The translations under genes were made by a program, and so were the position numbers. DNA of 64,000 nucleotides from the human T2T-CHM13v2.0 reference genome, Homo sapiens. This document shows, piece after piece, positions 50,901 through 64,000 of this stretch. A model generated the notes under the pieces. That model made no database searches, had not been told where the DNA came from, and saw nothing but the letters and a program-made list of their open reading frames with translations. Within the stretch, counting starts at the first letter, position 1, and every line of letters begins with the position of its first letter. The DNA lies in NCBI RefSeq assembly GCF_009914755.1, contig NC_060930.1; one strand, given 5' to 3'.

Positions 50901-52724
50901 AGCTAGACAGAAGAATTCTCAGAAACTTCTTTGTGATGTGTGCTTTCATTTCACAGAGTTGAACCTCCCTTTCAATCGAGCAGTTTTGAAAGTCTCTTTT
51001 TGTAGAATTTCCAAGTGGATATTTAGCACCGTTTGAGGCCTATGGTACAAAAGGAAATATCTTCATAGAAAAACTAGACAGAATGATTCTCAGAAACTGC
51101 TTTCTGTTGTGTGCATTCAACTGATAGATTTTAGACTTTGTTTTGATAGAGTAGTTATGAAACACTCTTTTTGTAGAATCTGCAAGTGAATATTTGCACT
51201 TTTTTGAGGCCTTCATTGGAAACAGGAGTTTTTTATATAAAATTTGAGAGAAGAATTCTCAGAAAATTCTTTGTGATCTGTGCATTCAACTCAGAGAATT
51301 GAACCTTTCTTTCGATAGAGCAGTTATAAAATACTCTATTTGTAGAATTTCCAAGTGGATATTTAGGGCGGTTTGAGGCCTCTGGTAGAAAAGAAAATAT
51401 CTTCATAGAAAAACTAGACAGAATCATTCTCAAAATCTATTTTGTGATGTGTGCATTCAGCTTTCTTTTGAAAGAGCAGTATTGAAACAACCTTTCTGTG
51501 GAATTTGCAAGTGTATGTTTACAGCGCTTTGATGCCTACGGTAGAAAAGGAAATATCTTCACATAAAAACAAGACAGAAGCATTGGCAGAAACTACTATA
51601 TGATATTTGCATTCATCTCACAGGTTTGAACATTCCTCTTGATGTAGCAGCATTGAAACACCCTTTTTGTAGAATCTGCAAGTGGATATTTGGATCTTTT
51701 TGTGGCCTTCGATTGAAATATGATTTCTTCATATAAAACAAGACAGAAGAATTCTCAGAAAAGTCTTTGTGATTTGTGCATTCATCTCACAGAGTTGAAG
51801 CTTTCTTTCGATAGCGCAGTTTTGAAACTCTCTTTTGGCATAATTTCCAAGTGGATATTTAGCTCCGTTTTAGGTCTAAGGTAGAAAAGGCAATAAATTC
51901 ATAGAAAAACAAGACAGAATTATTCTCAGAATCTACTTTGTGATGTGTGCGTTCAACTCACAGTGTTTATCCTTTTTATTGATAGAGCAGTTTTGAAACA
52001 CTCTTTTTGTAGAATCTGCAAGTGAATATTTGGACTTTTTTAGGCCTTCGTTGCAAACGGAATTGCTTCATATAAAACTTGGCAGAAGAATTCTCAGAAA
52101 CTACATTGTGATGTGTGCATTCAGCTTACCGTGTTTAACCTTTCTTTTGATAGATCAGTTTTAAAACTCTCTTTTTGTGGAATTTGCAAGTGTATATTTA
52201 GAGCGCTATGAGGCCTATGGTAGAAAAGGAAATATCTTCACATAAAAATTAGACAGAAGCATTGTCAGAAACTACTTTGTGATATTTCCATTCAACTCAC
52301 AGAGTTGAACATTCCTCCTGATAAAGCAGTTTCAAAACACTCTTTTTTAGAATCTGCAGGCGGATATTTGGACCTCTTTGTGGCCTTCGTTTGAAACGTG
52401 ATTTCTTCATATAAAACTATACAGAAGAATTCTCAGAAACTTCTTTGTGATGTGCGTTTTCAACTCACAGAGTTGAACCTACCTTTCGATAGAACAGTTT
52501 TGACACTCTCTTTTTGTAGCATTTCCAAGTGGATATTTACTGCCATTTGAGGCCAATGGTAGAAAAGGCAATATCTTCATAGAAAAACTAGACAGAATGA
52601 TTCTCAGAAACTACTTTGGGATGTGTGCGTTCAACTCACAGAGTTTAAGCTTTCTTTTGATAGAGCAGTTTTGAAACACTATTTTTATAGAATCTGCATG
52701 TGAATATTTGGACTTTTTTGAGGC

Positions 52725-52741
52725 CTTCGTTGGAAACGGGA
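52725..52741 (+). promoter_or_regulatory. Canonical CENP-B box
   Basis: cttcgttggaaacggga. Confidence 0.9.
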
Positions 52742-55700
52742 TTTCTTCATATAAAACTTCACAGAAGAATTCTCAGAAAATTCTGTGTGATGCGTGCATT
52801 CAACTCAGAATATTGAACCTTCCTTTCAATAGAGCAGTTTTGAAATACTCTTTTTGGAGAATTTCCAATTGGATATTTAGAGCGGTTCGTGGCCTATGGT
52901 AGAAAACGAAATATGTTTGTAGAAAAACTAGACAGAAACATTCTGAGAAACTACTTTGTGAAGTTTGTATTCAGCTTACGGAGTTAAACCTTTCTTTGAA
53001 AGTGCAGTTTTGAAACACTATTTTGTGGAATTTACAAGTGTATATTTAGAGTGCATTGAGACCTACGATAGAAAAGGAAATATCTTCACATAAAAACTAG
53101 ACAGAAGCATTGTCAGAAACTACTTTGAGATATTTGCATTCAACTCACTGAGTTGAACATTCCTCTTGATAGAGCAGTTTTGAGACACTTTTTGGAGAAT
53201 CTGCAAGTGGATATATGAACCTCTTTGTGGCCTTCGTTTGAAACGTGATTTCTTCATATAAAACTAGGCAGAATAATTATCAGAAACTTCTTTGTGATGT
53301 GTGCTTTCAACTCACAGAGTTGAACGTTCCTTTCAATAGAGCAGATTTGAGACTCTCTTTTTGTAGAATTTCCAAGTGGATATTTAGCTGCGTTTGAGGT
53401 CTATGGTAGAAAAGGCAATATCTTCACAGAAAAACTAGACAGAATGATTCTCAGAAACTACTTTGTGATGTGTGCATTCAACTCACAGAGTTTAACCTTT
53501 CTCTTGATAGAGCAGTTTTGAAACACTCTTTTTGTAGAATCTGCAAGTGGATATTTGGACTTCTCTGTGGCCTTCGTTGGAAAAGGGATTTCTTCATATA
53601 AAGCTAGACAGAAGAATTCTCAGAAACTTCCTTGTGATGTGTTCCTTCAACTCACAGAGTTGAACCTTCCTTTTGATAGAGCAGTTGTGAAATATTCTTT
53701 TCGTAGTATTTCCAAGTGGATATTCAGTGCCGCTTGGGGCCTATGGTAGAAAAAGCAATAACTTCATAGAAAAACTAGACAGAATGATTCTCAGAAACTT
53801 CTTTTTGATGTGAGCGTTGAACTCACAGAGTTTAACATTTCTTTTGACAGAGCAGTTTTGAAACACTCTTTTTGTAGTATCTGCAAGTGAATATTTGGAC
53901 TTTTTTGAGGCCTTCGTTGGAAACGGAATTTCTACATATATAACTTGACAGAAAAATTCTCAGAAACTTCTTTGTGATGTGTGCATTCAACTCACAGGGT
54001 TGAATCTTCCTTTCCATAGAGCAGTTTTAAAATACATTTTTTTTGAATTTCCAAGTGGATATTTAGAGCGGTTTGAGGCCTATGTTAGAAAAGGCAATAT
54101 CTTCATAGAAAAACTAGACAGAATAATTCTCAGAGACTACTTTGTGATGTGTGCATTCAGTTTACAGAGTTTAACATTTCTTTTGATAGAGCAGTTTTGA
54201 AACACTCTTTTTGTGGAATTTGCAAGTGAATATTTACACCGTTTGTCGGCCTATGGTAGAAAAGAAAGTATCTTCACATAAAAACTAGATAGAAGCATTG
54301 TCAGAAACTACTTTGTGATATTTGCATTTAACCCACATAGTTGAACATTCCTCTTGATAGAACAGATTTTAAAAACTCTTTCTGTATAATCTGCAAGTAG
54401 ATATTTGGACGTCTTTGTGGCCTTCGTTTGAAAAGTGATTTCTTCATACAAAACAAGACAGAAGAATTATCAGAAACCTTTTTGTGATGTGTCCTCTCAA
54501 CTCACAGAGTTGAACCTTCCCTTTGATAGAGCAGCTTTGAAACTCTCTTTTTGTCGAATTTCCAAGTGGATATTTAGCGCCGTTTGAGGCCTTAGGTATG
54601 AAAGGAAATATCTTCAGAGAAAAACTAGACAGAATGATTCTCAGAAACTGCTTTGTGATGTATGCGATCAACTCACGGAGTTTAACCTTTCTTTTGATAG
54701 AGCAGATTTGAAGCACTCTTTTTGTAGAATCTGCAAGTGAATATTTGGACTTTTTTGAGGCCTTCGTTGGAAAAGTGATTTCTTCATATAAAACTTTAAA
54801 GAAGAATTCTCAGAAACTTCTTTGTGATGTTTGCATTGAACTCACATAGATGAACCTTCCTTTCTATAGAGCAGTTTTGAAACACTCTTTTTGTAGAATC
54901 TGCAAGTCGATATTTCGACCTCTCTGTGGCCTTCGTTTGAAACGTGATTTCTTCATATAAAAATACAAAGAAGAATTTTCAGAAACTTCTTTGTGATGTG
55001 TGCTTTCAACTCACAGAGTTGAAGTTTCCTTTCGATAGAGCAGTTTTGATATACTCTTTTTGTAGAATTTAAAAGTGGATATTTAGAGCTTTTCCAGGCC
55101 AATGGTGGAAAAGGAAATATCTTCATAGAAAAACTACACAGAATAATTCCCAGAAACTACTTTGTGAGGTGTGCATTCAGCTTACAGAGTTTATCCTATC
55201 TTTTGATAGAGCAGTTTTGAAACACTCTTTTTGTGGAATATGCAAGTGTATATTTAGAGCGCTTTCAGGCCTATGGACGAAAACGAAATATCTTCACATA
55301 AAAACTAGATAGAAGCATTGTCAGAAACTAATTTGTGATATTTGCATTCAACTCACAGAGTTGAACATTACTCTTGATAGAGCAGTTTTGAAACACTCTT
55401 TTCGTAGAATCTGCAAGTGCATATTTGGACCTCTTTGTTGCCTTCGTTTGAAACGTGATTTCTTCACATAAAACTAGACAGAAAAATTCTTAGAAACTTC
55501 TTTGTCATGTGTGCTTTCAACTCATAGAGTTGAACCTTCCTTTCGATAGAGCAGTTTTGAAACTCTCTTTTTTTAGAATTTCCACGTGGATATTTAGCGC
55601 CGTTTGAGGCCTAAGGTAGAAAAGGCAATATCTTCATAGAAAAACTAGGTAGAATGATTCTCAGAAACTACTTTGTGATGTGTGGGTTCAACTCACAGAG

Positions 55701-57475
55701 TTTAACTTTTCTTTTGATAGAGCAGTTTTGGAACACTCTTTTTGTAGAATCTGCAAGTGAATATTTATACTTTTTTGAGGCCTTCGTTGGAAACGGTATT
55801 TCTTCATATAAAACTTGACAGAAGAATTCTCAGAAGCTTCTTGGTGATGTGTGCACTCAACTCACAGAGTTGAACCTTAGTTTCGATAGAGCAGTTTTGA
55901 AATATTCTTTTTGCAGTATTTCCAAGTGGATATTTAGAACGGTTGGAGGCCTATTGTTGAAAAGGAATTATCTTCACAGAAAAACTAGACAGAATCATTC
56001 TCAGAAGCTACTTTGTGATGTGTGCATTCAGCTTTCAGTGTTTAACCTTTCTTTTGATAGAGCAGTTTTGAAACACGCTTTTTGTTAAATTTGCAAGTGT
56101 ATATTTAAAGCGCTTTGTGGCCTACGGTAGAAAAGGAAATATCTTCACATAAAAAATAGAAGCATTGTCAGAAACTTCTTTGTGATATTGGCATTCAGCT
56201 CACAGAGTAGAACATTCCTCTTGATAGAGCAGTTTTGAAACTCTCTTTTTGTAGAATCTGCAAGTGGATATTTGGACCTCTTTGAGGCCTTCGTTTGAAA
56301 TGGGATTTCTTCATATAAAAGGAGACAGAAGAATTCTCAGAAACTTCTTTGAGATGTGTGCTTTCAACTCACAGACTTGAATCTACCTTTCGTTAGAGCA
56401 ATTTTGAAATACTCTTTTTGTAGAATTTTCAAGTGTATATTTATAGCGGTTTGAAGCCTATGGTAGAAAAGGAAATATCTTCATAGAAAAACTAGACAGA
56501 ATGATTCTCAGAAACTACTTTGTGATGTGCGCATTCAACTCAGAGAGTTTAACCTTTCTTTTGTTAGAGCAGTTTTGAAACACTCTTTTTGTAGATTCTG
56601 CAAGTGAATATTTGGACTTTTTTAAGGCCTTCGTTGGAAATGGGATTTCTTCTTATGAAACTTCACTGAAGAATTCTCAGAAAATCCTTTGTGATGTGTG
56701 CATTCAACTCACAGGGTTAACCTTCCTTTCGATATAGTAGTTTTGAAATACTCTGTAGGATTTCCAAGTGGATATTTAGAGCGGATGGAGGCCTAAGGTA
56801 TAAAAGGAAATATCTTCATAGAAAAACCAGACAGAATAATTTTCAGAAACTACTTTCGGATGCGTGCATTCAGCTTACAGAGTTTAACCTTTCTTTTGAT
56901 AGATCAGTTTTGAAACACTCTTTTTGTGGAATTTGCAAGTGTCAGTTTAGAGCGCTTTCATGTCTACTGTAGAAAATGAAATATCTTCACAAAACCACTA
57001 GACAGAAGCACTGTGAGAAACTATTTTGTGATATTTGCATTCATCCCACAGAGTTGAACATGCCTCTTGATAGAGCAGTTTTGAAGCACCCTTTTTGTAG
57101 AATCTGCAAGTGGATATTTAGACCTCACTGTGGCCTTCGTTTGAAATGTTGATTTCTTCAAATAAAACTAGACAGAAGAATTCTCAGAAACTTCTTTGTG
57201 AAGTGCACTTTCAACTCACGGAGTTGGAACTTCCTTTCGATAGAGCAGTTTTGAAATTCTGTTTTTGTTGAATTTCCAAATGGATATTTAGCGCCGCTTG
57301 AGGCCTATGGTAGCAAAGGAAATATCTTCATTGGAAAACTAGACAGAATCATTCTCAGAAACTACTTTGTGATGTGCGCATTCAACTCACAGAGTTTAAC
57401 CATTCCTTTGATAGAGCAGTTTTGAAACACTCTTTTTGTGGAATGTGCAAGTGAATATTTGGACTTTTTTGAGGC

Positions 57476-57492
57476 CTTCGTTGGAAACGGGA
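57476..57492 (+). promoter_or_regulatory. Canonical CENP-B box
   Basis: cttcgttggaaacggga. Confidence 0.9.
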
Positions 57493-60400
57493 TTTCTTCA
57501 TATAAAACTTGACTGAAGAATTCTCAGAAACTTCTTGGTGATGTGTGCATTCAACTCTGTGAGTTGAATCTTAGTTTTGATAGAGCAGTTTTGAAATATT
57601 CTTTTTGCAGTATTTCCAAGTGGATATTTAGAACGGTTCGAGGCCTATTGTTGAAAAGCAAATATCTTCACAGAAAAACTAGACAGAATCATTCTCAGAA
57701 ACTACTTTGTGATGTGTGCATTCAGTTTTCAGAGTTAAACATTTCTTTTCAGAGAGCAGATTTGAAACACTCTTTTTGTGGATTTTACAAGTGTATATTT
57801 AGAGCGTTTTACGGCCTATGGTAGAAAAGGAAATATCTTCACATAAAAACTAGACAGAAGCATTGTCAGAAACTACTTTGTGATATTTACATTCAACTCA
57901 CAGAGCTGAACATTCCTCTTGATAGAGGAGATTTCAGACACTCTTTTTGTAGAATCTGCAAGTGGATATTTGGACCTCTTTGTGGCCTTCGTTTGATACG
58001 CGATTTCTTCATATAAAACTAGACAGAAGAATTCTCAGAAACTTCTTTGTGATGTGTGCTTTCAACTCACAGAGTTGAACCTTCCTTTTGATAGAGCAGA
58101 TTTGAAACTCTCTTTTTGTAGAATTTCCAAGTAGATATATAGCGAGTTTGGGGCCTATGTTAGAAAAGGCAATATCTTCACAGAAAAACTAGACAGAATG
58201 ATTCTCAGAAACTACTTTGTGATGTGTGTGTTCAACTCACCGAGTTTAACCTTTCTTTTGATAGAACAGTTTTGAAACGCTCTTTTTGTAGAATCTACAA
58301 GTGAATATTTGGACTTTTTTGAGGCCTTCTTTGAAAACAGGTTTTTTTCATATAATACTGGACAGAAGAATTCTCAGAAACTTCTTTGTGATGTGTGCAT
58401 TCAACTCACCGAGTTGAACATTCCCTTCGATAGAGCAGTTTTGAAATACTCTTTTTGTCGAATTTTCAAGTGGATATGTAGTGCGGTTTGAGGCCAATGT
58501 TAGAAAAAGAAATATCTTCATAGAAAAACTAGACAGAATCCTTCTCAGAAACTACTTTATGATGCGTGCATTCAGCTTACAGAGTTTAATCTTTCTTTTG
58601 ATAGAGCAGTTTGGAAACACTCTTTTTGTGAAATTTGCAAATGTATATTTTCATCGCTTTGAGGCCTACGGTAGAAAAGGAAATATCATCACACAAGAAC
58701 TAGACAGACGCATTGTCAGAAACTGCTTTGGGATATTCACATTCAACTCACAGAGTTGAACAGTCCTCTTCATAGGGCAGTTTTGGAACACTCTTTTTGT
58801 AGAATCTGCAAGTTTTTATTTGGACCTCTTTGTGGCCTTCGATTGATACGTGATGTCTTCATATAAAACTAGACAAAGATTTTTCAGAAATTTATTTGTG
58901 ATGTGTGCTTTCATCTCACAGTGTTGAATTTTCCTTTCTGTAGAGCAGTTTTGAGACTCTCTTTTTGTAGAATTTCCAAGTTAATATTTAGCGCCGTTTG
59001 AGGCCTATGGTAGAAAAGGCCATATCTTCATTGAAAAACTAGACAGAATCATTTTCAGAAACTACTTTGTGATGTGTGCGTTCAACTCAGAGTTTAACCT
59101 TTCTTTTGATAGAGCAGTTTTGAAACCCTCTTTTTGAAGGATCTGCAAGGGAACATTTGAACTTTTTTGAGTCCTTCGTTAGAAACGGTATTTCTTCATA
59201 TAAAACTTGATAGAGAAATTATCAGAAACTTCTTTGTGATGTGTGCATTCAACTTATAGAACTGAACCTTCCTTTCAATAGAGCAGTTTTGAAATACTCT
59301 TTTTTTAGATTTTCCAAGTCGATATTTAGAGCGATTCGAGGCCTACGGTAGAAAAGGAAATATCTTCATAGAAAAACTAGACAGAACCATTCTCAGAAAC
59401 TACTTTGTGATGTGTGCATACAGCTGGCAGAATTTAACCTTTGTTTTCTTAGAGAAGTTTTGAAATACTCTATTTATGGAATTTGCAAGTGTATATTTAG
59501 AGCACTTTGAGGCCTACGGTAGAGAAGGAAATATCTTCACATAAAAACTAGACAGAACCATAGTCAGAAACTACTTTGTGATATTTGCATTCAACTCACA
59601 GAGTGGAACATTCTTCTTGATGGAGCAGTTTTGAAACACTCTTTTCGTAGAATCTGCAAGTGGATATTTGGACCTCTTTGTGGCCTTCGTTTGAAACGTG
59701 ATTTATTCATATAAAACTAGACAGAAGAATTCTCAGAAACTTCTTTGTGATGTGTGCTTTCAATTCACAGAGTTGAACCTTCCTTTCTATAGCGCAGTTT
59801 TGAGACTTTTTATAGAATTTCCAAGTGGATATTTATCGCCGTTTGAGGCCTATGGTAGAAAAGGCAATATCTTCATAGAAAAACCAGACAGAATGATTCT
59901 CAGAAACTACTCTGTGATGTATGCGTTCAATTCACAGAGTTTAATCTTTCTTTTGATAGAGCAGTTTTCAATCACTCTTTTTGGAGAATCTGCAAGTGAA
60001 TATTTGGACTTTTTTGAGGCCTTCTTTGGAAACGGGATTTCTGCATGTAAAACTTGACGGAGGAATTTTCAGAAACTTCTTTGTGATGTGTGCATTCAAC
60101 TCACAGAGTTGAACCTTCTTTTCGATAGAGCAGTTCTGAAATACTCTTTTTGTAGAATTTCCAAGTGGATATTTAGAGCGCTTCAAGGCCTATGGTAGAA
60201 AAGGAAATATCTTCATAGAAAAACTAGACAGAATCATTCTCAGAAACTACTTTGTGATGTGTGCATTCAGCTTACAGCGTTTAAAATTTCTTTTGATAGA
60301 GCAGTTTTGAATCACTCTTTTTGTGGAATTTGCAAGTGTATATTGAGAGTGTTTTGAGGCCTACGGTAGAAAAGGAAATATCTTCACATAAAAACTAGAC

Positions 60401-63400
60401 AGAAGCACTGTCAGAAACTACATTGAAATATTTGCATTCACCTCACGGAGATGAACATTTCTCTTGATAGAGCAGTTTTGAAACACTCTTTTTGTAGAAT
60501 CTGCAAGTGGATATTTGGACCTCTTTGTGGCCTTCTTTTGAAACGTGATTTCTTCCTATAAAACTAGACAGAATACTTCTCAGAAACTTCTTTCTGATGT
60601 GTGCTTTCAACTCACGGTGTTGAACCTTCCTTTCGATAGAGAAGTTTTGAGAGTCTCTTTTTGAAGGATTTCAAAGAGGATATTTAGTGCCGTTTGAGGC
60701 CTATGGTAGAAAAGGCAATATCTTCATAGGAAAACCAGACAGAATGATTCTTAGAAACTACTTTGTGATGTGTGCGTTCAACTCTCAGAGCTTAACCTTT
60801 CTTCTGATAGAGCAGTTTTCAAACACACTTTTTGTAGAATCTGCAAGTGAATATTTGGAGTTTTTTGAGGCCTTCTTTGGAAACGGGAATTCTTCATATT
60901 AAACTTGACAGAAGAATTCTCAGAAACTTCTTTGTGATGTGTGCATTGAACTCACAGTGTTGAACCTTCCTTTCAATAGAGCAGTTTTGAAATTCTCTTT
61001 TTGTAGAATGTCCAATTGGATATTTAGAGCGGTTCAAGGCCTATGGTAGAAAAGGATATATCTTCATTGAAAAATTGACAGACTCATTCTCAGAAACTAC
61101 ACTGTGATGTGTGCATTCAGCTTACAGAGTTTATACTTTCTTTTGATAGAGCAGTTTTGAAACACTCTTTTTGTGGAATTTGCAAGTGTATATTGAGAGC
61201 GCTTTCGGGCCTACGGTAGAAAAGGTAATATCTTCACACAAAAACTAGACAGAATCATTGTCAGAAACTACTTTGTGATATTGGCATTCAACTCACAAAG
61301 TTGAACATTCCTCTTGATAGAGCAGTTTTGAAACACTCTTTTTGTAGAATCAGCAAGTGGATATTTGGACCTGTTAGTATCCTTCGTTTGAAACATGATT
61401 TCTTCATATAAAACTACACAGAGGAATTCTCAGAAACTGCTTTGTGATGAGTTCATTCAACTCACAGAGTTGAAAGTTCCTTTTGAGAGAGCAGTTTTGA
61501 AATACTCCTTTTGTATGATTTCCAAGAGGATATTTACAGCAGTTCGTGGCCTATGGTAGAAAAGCATATATCTTCATAGAAAAAGTTGACAGAATTATTC
61601 TCTGAAACTACTATGTGATGTTTGCATTCAGCTTACAGAGGTTAACCTTTCTTTTGATAGAGCAATATTGAAACACTGTTTTTGTGGAATTTGCAAGTCT
61701 ATATTTTGAGCGCTTTGAGGCCTACGGTAGAAAAGGATATATCTTCACATAAAAACTAGACGGAAGCACTGTCAAAAACAACTTTGTGATATTTGCATTC
61801 AACTCACAGGGTTGAATATTCCTCTTGATAGAGCAGATTTGAAACACTCTTTTTTTAGAATCTGCAAGTAGATATTTGGAACTCTTTGTGGCCTTCATTT
61901 GAAAGGTGATTTCTTCATATAACTAGACAGAAGAATTCTCAAAAACTTCTTTGTGATGTGTGCTTTCCACTCACAGAGTTGAACCTTACTTTCGAAAGAG
62001 CACTTTTGATATTCTCTTTTTGTAGTATCTCCATGTGGATATTTAGCACCGTTTGAGGCCTATGGCAGGAAAGGCAATATCTTCATAGAAGTAGTAGACA
62101 GAATGATTCTTAGAAACTACTATGTGACGTGTACGTTCACCTCACAGAGTTTAACGTTTCTTCTGATAGAGCAGTTTTGAATCACTCTTTTTGTGGAATC
62201 TGCAAGTGAATATTTGGACGTTTTTGAGGCTTTCGTTGGAAATGGGATTTGTTCATATAAAACTTGATGGAAGAATTATCAGAAACTTCTTTGTGATGTG
62301 TGCATTCAACTCGCAGTGTTGAACCTTCCTTTCAATAGAGCAGTTTTGAAATACTCTTTTTGTAGAATTTCCAAGTGCATATTTATAGTGGTTCATGGCC
62401 TATGGTAGAAAAGGAAATATCATCATATAAAAACTAGACAGAATCATTTTCAAAAACTACTTTGTGATGTGTGCATTCAGCTTACAAAGTTTAACCTTTC
62501 TTTTGATAGAGCACTTTTGAAACACTCTTTTTGTGGAATTTGCAAGGGTATATTTACAGCGCTTTGAGGTCCATTATAGAAAAGGAAATTCCTACACATA
62601 ATAACGAGACAGAAGCTTTTTCAGAAACTACTTTGTGATATTTGCATTCAACTCACAGGGTTGAACATTCCTCTTGATAGAGCAGTTTTGAAACACTCTT
62701 TTTGTAGAATCTGCAAGTGGATATTTGGACCTCTTTATGGCCTTCGTATGAAACGTGATTTCTTCATATAAAACTAAACTGAAGAACTCTCAGAAACTTC
62801 TTTGTGATGTGTGCTTTCAACTCGCAGAGTTGAACCTTCCTTTCGATAGAACAGTTTTGAAACTGTCTTTTTGTAGAATTTACAAGTGGATATTTAGCAC
62901 CGTTTGAGGGCTATGGTAGAAAAGACAATATCTTCATAGAAAAAGTAGACAGAATGATTCTCAGAAACTACTTTGTGATGTGTGGGTTCAACTCAGAGAG
63001 TTTAACCTTTCTTTTGATAAAGCAGTTTTGAAACACTCTTTTTGTAGAATCTGCCAGTGAATATTGGGACTTTTTTGAAACCTTCTTTGGAAAAGGGTTT
63101 TCTTCATGTAAAACTTGACAGAAGAATTCTCAGAAACTTCTTTGTGATCTGTGCATTCGACTCACACAATTGAACCTTCCTTTCTATAGAGCAGTTTTGA
63201 AGTGCTCTTTTTGTAGAGTTTCCAAGTGTATATTTAGAGCGGTTCGAGGCCTATGGTAGAAAAGGAAATATCTTCACAGAAAAACTAGACAGAATCATTC
63301 TCAGAAACTACTTTGTGATGTGTGCATTCACCTTACAGAGTTTAACCTTTCTTTTGATAGAGCAGTTTTGAAACACTCTTTTTTTGGAATTTACAAGTGT

Positions 63401-64000
63401 ATATTTAGAGCACTTTGAGGTCTATGGTAGAAAAGGAAATTCCTTAACATAATAACCAGACAGAAGTTCTTCAGAAACTGCTTTGTGATATTTGCATTCA
63501 ACTCAAAAGGTTGAACATACCTCTTGATAGAGCAGTTTTGAAACACTCATTTTGTAGAATCTTCAAGTGGATATTTGGACCTCTTTGTGGCCTTCGTATG
63601 AAACGTGATTTCTTCATATAAAAGGAGACAGAAGAATTCTCAGAAACTTCTATGTGATGTGTGCTTTCAACTCCCAGAGTGGAAACTTCCTTTCGCTAGA
63701 ACAGTTTTGAAACTCTCTTTTTGTAGAATTTCCAAGTGGATATTTACACCGTTTGAGGCCTATGGTAGAGAAAGGAATATGTTCATAGAAAAACTAGACA
63801 GAATGACGCTAAGAAACTACGTTGTGTTGTGTGCGTTCAACTCACAGAGTTTAACCTTTCTTTTGATAGAGCAGTTTTGAATCACTCTTCTTGTAGAATT
63901 TGCAAGTGAATATTTGAACTTTTTTGAGGCCTTCGTTGGAAAGGGAATTTCTTCATATAAAACTTGACAGAAGAATTCTCAGAAAATTCTTTGTGATGTG

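Larger units (their letters stand above)
7029..64000 (+). repeat. Alpha satellite tandem array, ~171-bp monomers, right of the Alu; runs off the window end
   Basis: Same monomer motifs continue in the same orientation; no unique sequence or inverted monomers seen. Confidence 0.99.
42876..64000 (+). repeat. Divergent pentameric alpha-satellite HOR domain, block 3 (most regular from ~55.5 kb)
   Basis: Unit starts near 55474, 56321, 57168, 58019, 58869, 59717 and 60564, then 61923, 62774 and 63623; period about 847-851 bp. Confidence 0.87.

Noticed and set aside
1611-63880. About 80 short ORFs of 60-141 aa with recurring motifs (NSQKLLCDVC, DRAVLKHSF, FQNCSIKR)
   Set aside because: They are translations of alpha-satellite monomers (171 bp = 57 codons) in all six frames. 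Many start at TTG/GTG, paralogous copies carry stops and frameshifts, and there is no splice or promoter context.
1-64000. CRISPR-like regularly spaced repeats (gatagagcagttttgaaacactc every ~170 bp)
   Set aside because: The intervening sequence is itself repeated rather than unique spacers, there are no cas genes, and the DNA is primate satellite.
1-64000. Active (kinetochore-forming) centromere array
   Set aside because: High unit-to-unit divergence, many indels, an Alu insertion and sparse intact CENP-B boxes argue against it; CENP-A data would be needed to exclude it formally.
1-64000. Inversions, L1 fragments or other non-alphoid inserts
   Set aside because: No reverse-orientation monomers or non-satellite sequence other than the Alu were seen on reading through.
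1-64000. Assignment to a specific chromosome, species or named HOR
   Set aside because: It cannot be determined without a database search; only great ape/human and an SF1/SF01-like resemblance are supportable.

Overview
The whole 64 kb window is primate centromeric/pericentromeric alpha satellite: about 375 head-to-tail ~171-bp monomers, all in one orientation, interrupted once by a full-length young AluY (Ye5-type diagnostics) at 6718-7028 with a 13-bp target-site duplication. There are no credible protein-coding genes; the ORF track is an artefact of the 171-bp (57-codon) periodicity. The array looks like a diverged, probably inactive higher-order repeat resembling archaic SF1/SF01-type monomers (inference). 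Two monomer sets interleave: a pentameric ~850-bp unit (about 1-5010, 10775-33700, 42876-64000) and a second, less regular set (about 5011-10774, 33700-42875). The two halves of the window are scrambled paralogues at offsets of about 28-32 kb, and the second copy carries the empty Alu site. Only about 14 CENP-B boxes keep the binding core, and one monomer of the pentamer carries a fixed dead box. I found no evidence of a new gene-encoded system; the interest lies in satellite architecture and evolution. All alignments were made by eye, so boundaries are approximate.
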